The translations under genes were made by a program, and so were the position numbers. From the NCBI RefSeq assembly GCF_009914755.1, contig NC_060925.1: a stretch of DNA of 64,000 nucleotides. The stretch is one strand, 5' to 3'. Under the pieces are notes generated by a model that saw nothing but the letters and a program-made list of their open reading frames with translations, had not been told where the DNA came from and searched no databases. Of the stretch, positions 56,901-64,000 are shown piece by piece. The stretch is from the human T2T-CHM13v2.0 reference genome, Homo sapiens. Numbering within the stretch: position 1 is the stretch's first letter; the number at the start of each line of letters is the position of its first letter.

Positions 56901-59242
56901 CCTCAGACAAAGGTGGAGAGGCTGATGGCAGCATGGGTCAAGGAGGGGATGCTGCCACTACTGGGGATGGGGAAGCTGTTCCTTCTGGCCAAAAAGGTTC
57001 ATCAGAGTTTACAAGCTCAGTGTCCCCAGCTTCATCAGGTAACTCCCACACATCCCCATTCCAAGGTGCAGGGTCCCATTCTTTTCCAATCAATGCCCTC
57101 ACTTTAACAGCAGACACCTGGCAAGGCTGTGCATGCACCTTTCATTGCAGATCAGCCACTGACATAAGAGCTTGTGTCTGTTTTTCCACAATTTCAGCTG
57201 TTTCCCTACAGGAGATAAGACTCTCACTCAGGAAAATCTTAGCAGATTTGAGGCTCAGTATCTGCTTCTGAAGCTGAAAGACAGAATCCCTGAGTTCATC
57301 ATTTTCTTTCATCAATTTGTCCACTGAACTTAGGGGCAAAAAAACAGCTTCATTACATTCATTGGTTCTCCACATATGTCCAAAGGTATTATGTATAGAG
57401 TCACTAAACTCCTTGACTCTCACAAGTGGTGAATCAGGAGTGTCAAATGCATTTGTTTTGCATAACTTTCTAAACAGTTCACACCAAGGACTATCAGTGT
57501 TTTCCATCGCATTAGAAGTAGAGTCTTTAGCATTATTGGGTCTAATCATATTAAGTAGCTGACTCCAGAAACCTCAAAACCAATGAGAGAATTCCATCCT
57601 TAATATTCTATTCCTCTAGAACTACTTCTGGTACCAAAATCTGTACAAGTCAGGGTTCCCTAGAGGGAAAGTACTAACATGATATATGTATATATATCCA
57701 CACATACAAACACACACACGCACACACATAGAAGTTTATTAAGTATTAACTTACACAATCACAAAGTCCCAAAATACACTGTTTGCAAGCATGAGGAGGA
57801 AGGGCAGCTAGTCCAGGGGTCAAAACAGAAGAACTTGAAATCCAATGTTAAGAGGGCAGGAAGCATCAGGCATGGGAGAGAGATGTAGGTGGAGAAGCTA
57901 AGCCACTCTCCCCTTTTCACGTCTTTCTGCCTGCTTTATATGGGCTGGCAACTGATTAGATCGTGCGCACCAGATTAAGTATGGGTGGGCCTTCCCCAGC
58001 CTATTGACTCAAATGTTTATGTCCTTTGGCAACACCATCACAGATACACCTAGCATGAGTACGTTGCATCCTTCAATCCAATCAAGTTGACACTCATTAT
58101 TAACAAACACAGCCATAAAAAAAAAAAAGAATGAAATCCTGCCATTGGCAGCAAAATGACAGACACTGGAGGTCATGATGTAACATCAAATGAGCCGGGC
58201 ACAGAAAGACAGAGAGGGCAGGTTCTCACTACTATCGTGGCTGCACAAAAAGTTCACCTTGTGGAGGTAGAGAGTAGAACGATAGACACCAGAGGCTGGA
58301 GAGGCTGTGTAGGTGACTGGGGTGAAGAGAGGTTGGCGAAATGGGTATGAGCATGTGGGTAGATGGAAGGAATACGTTCTAAAGTTCTATGGCAGACTAG
58401 GGCGACTAGAGGTAACAACGATGTATTAGAGTGTGTTTCCAAAGAGCTGGAAGACAGCACATGAGTTGTTTCCAACAGGTAGAGATGACAGATACCCACT
58501 GGATGGATACCCACAGATACTGTACAACCCCTCAGTTGATCATGGATCATTACGCAATGTACAAGCATCACCACATGTCACAGGAATCCCACCAATATCA
58601 TGTCTGCATGAAGAAAAACATAGTCATGCTACAAGAGTGATTGTCACAGCTCTCCCTCCCCAGCGCCATAGCCCGTGGTCTCGGCTCCTCAAGTTCTGCT
58701 GCCATTTCTACCAAAGCCGCTGACACCCGTGGAGCCCAATCAGGGATCCCGCGCTCAGGGTCTGGCATGCCTTGGAAAAGCCAGTGAGCTTGCTGGCATG
58801 AGTGGCTCTGGCGGGTGGCCCAATCATTAGGCGTAGATCCCCCTCAGCCGAGAGAGAAGTGGCCCCTCAGCCACCCGGCTTGGACTGGCGGAAGCCGCTC
58901 TGCTCCACACTACTGGAGCATTCCGTGGCCAGAAGAGAGTGCGAGGGTGCTGCTGGTGGTGGTGGTGGGTCACCTGGCGACAATCCGAGGAGAAAGCCTG
59001 ACCTGGCCAGTGGGCTTGGCCGCTGAGAAACAGTGGCAGCGAGGTGAGCACATGACAAGGAAGAGCTGCAAAGCCGATGTTGCGAAGGTGGCGTCAGCCA
59101 GGCCAAAAGGACAGATGGGTGGAGGTAGGTAGCACACCCTCCAAACACCGCAAGCCTCCTTCCCCGGCGCACAGGCACGCAGCCACAGGCCAAGCTGCGA
59201 CGCGAGCTCCGCGCGCGGGATCTCCGCAAAAGGTCCGCCCGA

Positions 59243-59314
59243 TGCGTTGGGCGGGAATCGAGCCCGGGTCAACTGCTTGGAAGGCAACTATGCTCACCAC
59301 TATACCACCAACGC
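59243..59314 (-). tRNA. TRG-TCC: tRNA-Gly (TCC), variant copy with T-arm substitutions
   Basis: Reverse complement GCGTTGGTGGTATAGTGGTGAGCATAGTTGCCTTCCAAGCAGTTGACCCGGGCTCGATTCCCGCCCAACGCA; B box reads GGCTCGA instead of GGTTCGA. Confidence 0.92.
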
Positions 59315-59896
59315 CGCACGGCGCGAGCAGCCCCGCCACGCCGTGCAGGGGCTCCCACCAGCGCGCCGCCGACGCCCGGGGCAGGCCGGCCCCGACGCCC
59401 GGTACGTCCGCCCGCCCGCAGCTCCGCGCTGCCGCGGCCTCTCCAAAGGCCGCCCCGCGCCCCACCGGTGCAAGGCCAGCGCGGCTGACCCGTTACGCCC
59501 GCCTGCCTCTGGGGGCGCTCTCGCTCACTCGCCGCCTCGGGCCCCCAGAGCCCTTCCCCAACAGGTGCCCGGGGGGGAAACGGCCGGCGCCGGCAGGGTC
59601 CCCACTCCTACGCTTCCCACCGGGCGCAGGGCCCCGTGTGTCGCAGAAAGCCTCTTCCGACAACCACTTTGAGCCGGCAGCTCGTTGGGCGCCGTGCAGG
59701 GCCAGAGGAGGCCTCCCGGCTGCCGCTACCAAGCCGCGGGCGAGAAGAAAAGACAGGAGGCCAAGGAGGCCCAGAAGGCCAAAGGGCCAGGCAGGCCAGG
59801 CCCGAGATGGCACCCTGGGACTAGCTGGAGGGCGGAGGAAGGAGAAGGAGGGCCCACAGGCTGGGTCCGAGGCGGCGGCCCAAAAAGCACGGCTGC

Positions 59897-59968
59897 CTCC
59901 CCGTCGGGGAATCGAACCCCGGTCTCCCGCGTGACGGGCGGGGATACTCACCACTATACTAACGAGGA
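59897..59968 (-). tRNA. TRD-GTC: tRNA-Asp (GTC), with U33>C variant
   Basis: Reverse complement TCCTCGTTAGTATAGTGGTGAGTATCCCCGCCCGTCACGCGGGAGACCGGGGTTCGATTCCCCGACGGGGAG; T5 terminator (A-run 59882-59886). Confidence 0.95.
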
Positions 59969-60625
59969 CGATGGCGACGGTCGCCGGGACGCCAGACCCC
60001 ACTCCGACCGCGGACGCATAGCCCTGCCTTGATCCCCTCCCGCGACGGCAGGGGCCGGGCGCGTGCTCGCCTTCCACCCACCACCCGACAACCGCCACCC
60101 GCCACACGCCACACGCCACGCGTCACCTGACACCCGCCCCCCGCCCCCCGCCCCCCGCCACCGTTGGCACGACCTACCCCGACACCCAACAAAGCACCCT
60201 GCGATCCCGCTGGGACCCGGAGCCGGAGCCGGACCCCGACAGGTACCGGAGCGGCGTGGAACCTCCCCGCGCGCCCTGCCTGCTGTCTCCAACGCGGGGA
60301 TCGCGCCGGGGCAGGAGGAGGCGCGGGCGAAACAGTCAGGCCGCTGCTCCTAGGACGCGGTGGGCGCACGCCCTGCGGGGTTCGGCGAGCGGAGGCGCGG
60401 GGGCTGGGGCGTGCGCCGGCGGCGGCCGGCCCGACGCGGACCCTTTGGGTCCGGGGTGGGGACGCGGGGGCGTCCACGCCAACGCCAGCCGGCTCCGTTC
60501 ACTTGGCGCCCGCTCCGCCCGCGCGGTCCGTCGGTTGCGCACCGAACCCAGACAGGCGCCGGCCAAGGGAGCAGGCGTTCGCGCCGGGTCCCAGCCATGC
60601 CAGCGGCGACGCGCCCCGGCGCGCC

Positions 60626-60708
60626 GTCAGGATGGCCGAGCGGTCTAAGGCGCTGCGTTCAGGTCGCAGTCTCCCCTGGAGGCGTGGGTTCGAATCCCAC
60701 TCCTGACA
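60626..60708 (+). tRNA. TRL-CAG: tRNA-Leu (CAG)
   Basis: GTCAGGATGGCCGAGCGGTCTAAGGCGCTGCGTTCAGGTCGCAGTCTCCCCTGGAGGCGTGGGTTCGAATCCCACTCCTGACA, 83 nt with long variable arm; TTTT at 60717-60720. Confidence 0.98.
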
Positions 60709-62351
60709 AGCCGACCTTTTGGCCCGCCCGCCGGAGGGCAACGCCCATGGCAACCCTGGAGCACCTTTGGCCGCTTCCTGCCTTGAGCCCTTGCCCGCTC
60801 TCCAGACTCCAGCCCCCTTGAAGCAAGCCTCCAAAACGCCGCCGCTTCTCAGGCACGTCCGTTCTTCCTGCCCACCCGCCGGCTGTCGCAGAAACAGCCC
60901 AGGACCATGCGCCAGCGCCCGCGACCCTCTACCAATTGCCCTTCGGACAGACGCCCTCCCCACCACCTCACACGCCCTCTTCCCTGGCCCCACACACAGC
61001 GAGCGACCGCGACCACCTTCCACGCTCTTCCCTGCCTATCTCCTCCGCCCGCCTTCTCCTCACTCGCCCAAACAGACACAGCCCAGATTCTTCCCCTATT
61101 CCTCCTTTTCCCTCCTTCCTCCCACCGGCCTCCGCCCACCGCCCACCGCCTTGAATCGCCGCTGCGCTGCCCAGAGGCGTCCTGGCCTGAACAGCCCGCC
61201 CGGTTTCACCCTCCAACTTCTGACCGCTGAGCAGCAGCGAGCGACTCGCTCGTGGAGCCGCACACACGTCTCCCACCAGAGGCACGCCATCCAACATCCT
61301 GTCCTTTCCTCCGACCCCTCGGACCCCGGCCGCGCATTCCATTCTGCCGACACCCTAGCCAGGTCGCCGATCCCACCTCGCTACCTGTGCTCCCTTCCCG
61401 CTAACACCTGCCTGCCGGCCCACCTGCAGCCCGGACGCCTGCCGGCCAGAGGCAGCGGGAACCCTGCACACAGCCTGGCAGGCGAGTCCAAACCCGGAAA
61501 GACAGCCCAAGAGGAATCACGAGCGGAAGCCCTAGATCCCCGTCACCCGCCCACAAACGCCTGGCCCCGCCGGGACCAGCTCTGCGCCACAGCGCATCCC
61601 CACGCGGGAAGCCGCGGCCTGGGCCGTCCCAGCCACACCCAGCGCGCCTTCTCCAGGGTCAGCCAGCTGCGGCTCTGCCGAAGCGCTCCTCCGCTCCTTT
61701 CTCGCGCTCCAGCCTCCCTACCAGCCCAGGGGGCCGGACCCCAAGTGCGAGCCGGTGGCGTGGGTCAGAGCGCAGGAGCGAGGCGCCCACGGACCTGGTC
61801 TGCGTTTCTGAGCCGCACGCCACGGCTGCGAGACCCGTTCCCCATCGCCGCCCCCGCTCGCTGACACACCCATCCCGCCTCTCACCTGCTGGTGACACAA
61901 GTGAGAAGGCTGGCCCCCCGGTGGTGAAAAAAAAAACACCTCACGAAAGAAAGAAAGAAAGAAAGAAACAACAAAAACAAAACACAAAAACTCTGGGTCT
62001 GTGCCGGGGATCCGCGCTCAGCCAAGCCCGCCACAGCAAATCTGCCCACACGGGCATTCGGGCGCGGGCCACGGCCGGTCCTTCCCCTGGAGACCCCGGC
62101 GGGCAGTCTCTCGACCCTGGGCGGCAGAGAAAGCGCAAGATGGGACGAGTCGGCCTCTCTCCCTCCGCTCTCCCTCCGCGCCCCGCCTCAGGTCCCTCGA
62201 CGTGACGAGAGCCTCCCCTTCTGCTCGCCCCATCGGGCCAGCCTCTCGTGGACGCTGCAATAGGACGGAGGCCCACGGCAGGCGGTGACCAGTGAACGGC
62301 GGCTGGTGGCGAGTTCCGCTGTGCCAGCTTCCGTTGGCGTTTGCCATCGGT

Positions 62352-62422
62352 GCATGGGTGGTTCAGTGGTAGAATTCTCGCCTGCCACGCGGGAGGCCCG
62401 GGTTCGATTCCCGGCCCATGCA
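62352..62422 (+). tRNA. TRG-GCC: tRNA-Gly (GCC)
   Basis: GCATGGGTGGTTCAGTGGTAGAATTCTCGCCTGCCACGCGGGAGGCCCGGGTTCGATTCCCGGCCCATGCA; TTTT at 62436-62439. Confidence 0.98.
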
Positions 62423-62803
62423 GCACGCCCTCCCATTTTGGTGCTGCAGCAGCACCAAGGCGTAGCTGCGCTCGCCTCTGCCGCCTCCTTACACTCGGGG
62501 CGCGCGAGCGAGTCCGGCACCGGCTGCGCTCCCACGCGCGACGGCCCTCTGCCCTTTCTTCCGTGCCTCTCTCGACTGACTTAGGGATGAGCCTACCCCA
62601 CGCACCCACACACCTTGGTGACAACAACCCCTCCAGACACGAGAGCGCGCCAGACACCAGAACTTGGCAGCCTCCTGGTCCTGTTTCTCTTCATTGCCCT
62701 GCCACCGCCTCTGCCCGACGCATTTCACTTCACGGAACACCGCCAGGCACCACGGGCTTGCAGCCACTCGCACCACCCCTTCTCTTCACATTTCACCGCC
62801 TCG

Positions 62804-62805
<2 letters not shown>

Positions 62806-62848
<43 letters not shown>

Positions 62849-62861
62849 CCCCCCCCCCCCC
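62806..62861. repeat. (CT)n plus poly(C)
   Basis: Direct reading. Confidence 0.9.
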
Positions 62862-63504
62862 TCGCTGGCTCCCCATATCCAGAAAATGATGCCATGGTTG
62901 CCCTTCCAGTAGGAAGGAAGTCGCGACTCCAGGGAGTAACTCATCACTTTCCCCTAGTTGGTCACACAGTCCTTAACGCGACCACACGAGTGTACGCGTG
63001 GCATGTGCACCGTCTATATTCACCGTGTTCCGGCTACTCCACACTCTCTCCCCTCATTCTGCCGGCACCACCACCGCCATGTCGCAACTCCCAACCTAAC
63101 CCCAATCCACCACTTTAGTCGAGGATGCTGCCTTGTTTCTCCCCCTCGGACCTCTTTTCATCTCAGCCCCAGACACATGCCTGAGACGTGAATGTGCGTC
63201 CTGAAGACGGCTTATTTATGTCTCGGGTCCAGTTGCATTCCCTACCCTTTTGGGACGTGGGACGTGGCCTCCAGTCGCTCTGTCACGATGTCTCTCCCAC
63301 CCTGGGCTGCTTGCCACCTCACCCCAGCCCCACTCCATACTCTGACCGCCCAGCCCAAGCAGCATCCCAGTCTCGCCGGCGCGGGTCCCCTTTGACCACA
63401 CAGACTTCGTTCCTGCCCAGACCAACCGGCTGAAAATGTACTGTTCCCACCAGCCTTCAGGCTCAGCCCTCCCTCCCCCACCTTTGTCTCACGCCACCCA
63501 CCCC

Positions 63505-63650
63505 TTCACTCACACACACACTCTGACGCGCACACACACACACACACACTCACACTCTCACTCTCTCTCTCTCTCTCACTCTCTGTCTTTCTCTGTCTCT
63601 CTCTCTCTCTCTGTCTCTATGTCTCTATCTCTCTGTCTCTGTCTCACACA
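63505..63650. repeat. (CA)n/(CT)n compound microsatellite
   Basis: Direct reading. Confidence 0.9.
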
Positions 63651-64000
63651 GCCAACTCTCCGTCTCGCCGTCAATGCCCCTCTCTCAGACGACTCATATC
63701 CCCCAGCCCTGGCCTCCTTCAGCCTCTTCAGACTCACGCCAGCTCCGCCACCAGCTGGGATCCCTCCGACCTATGGCATAGGCAGCCCGCGAGGTGCCCT
63801 AACGCCCCAGGCATCTGCACAACCTCCGTTTGACTGCACAGCCTCACTCCCAGACCTGGCCAGCCAGCCCTGTGCACCCCCTGGACACCCTGGACTCCTT
63901 CTTCCAGCTCCCAGCACGCGACATGCTTCTCTCCTTTCCTTGGTGTCAGCCCCTTGCCCCGGGCTAGGGTGGACGCCAGCCACGGGATCGGACACCTTCT

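Larger units (their letters stand above)
50260..58111 (-). mobile_element. HERV-L provirus with MLT2A-type LTRs
   Basis: LTRs at 50260-51003 and 57642-58111; TSD gctat/gccat; Leu-type PBS TGGTACCAGAAGTAG; gag remnants (56015-57549), protease LLDSGSEL (~55690), RT VHYIDD (~54955), RNase H, integrase (51984-52724, WQVDYIGPLP) and dUTPase; no env. Confidence 0.95.
58680..64000. repeat. CpG-rich first unit of a tRNA-gene tandem array (1q23.3-type macrosatellite)
   Basis: Abrupt switch to very GC/CpG-rich DNA carrying Gly-TCC, Asp-GTC, Leu-CAG and Gly-GCC genes. The tandem nature is from prior knowledge; no second unit lies inside the window. Confidence 0.7.

Noticed and set aside
59500-59520. 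Possible CTCF site gcctctgggggcgc in the tRNA array
   Set aside because: Poor match at the 5' core in very GC-rich DNA; cannot be supported without a PWM scan or ChIP data.
59077-63118. Long ORFs up to 381 aa (60719-61864) in the GC-rich block
   Set aside because: Stop-poor GC-rich DNA with overlapping ORFs in all frames, low-complexity Pro/Arg/Ala content and no recognisable domain; several run through tRNA genes.

Overview
Primate, very likely human, genomic DNA with no intact protein-coding gene. The tRNA gene order (Val-CAC, Glu-TTC, Asn-GTT, then a GC-rich Gly-TCC/Asp-GTC/Leu-CAG/Gly-GCC block) matches my recollection of the edge of the 1q23.3 tRNA tandem array; this locus call is inference and was not searched. 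The window holds 7 full-length tRNA genes (two with variants at conserved positions), a decayed tRNA-Glu, a U6 retrocopy and two CpG-island promoter-like regions. Repeats include over 40 Alus, old L1 pieces, an SVA, a HERV-L provirus carrying a nested LTR5, and an LTR2-family (HERV-E/Harlequin-like) provirus. The most striking object is a nested stack at 23.4-33.1 kb: an old L1 holds a COMMD6 retrocopy, split by an Alu, which holds the ERV, which holds an RPS2 retrocopy. That RPS2 retrocopy carries a 127-nt RPL26-pseudogene-derived segment at what I recall is the RPS2 exon 3/4 junction, with no TSD or poly(A), making it a candidate fossil of a trans-spliced or exon-captured mRNA. Swapped target-site duplications show that a ~1.15 kb Alu-Alu inversion flipped the 3' half of the COMMD6 retrocopy. 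Repeat subfamily names and all identity estimates are by eye.
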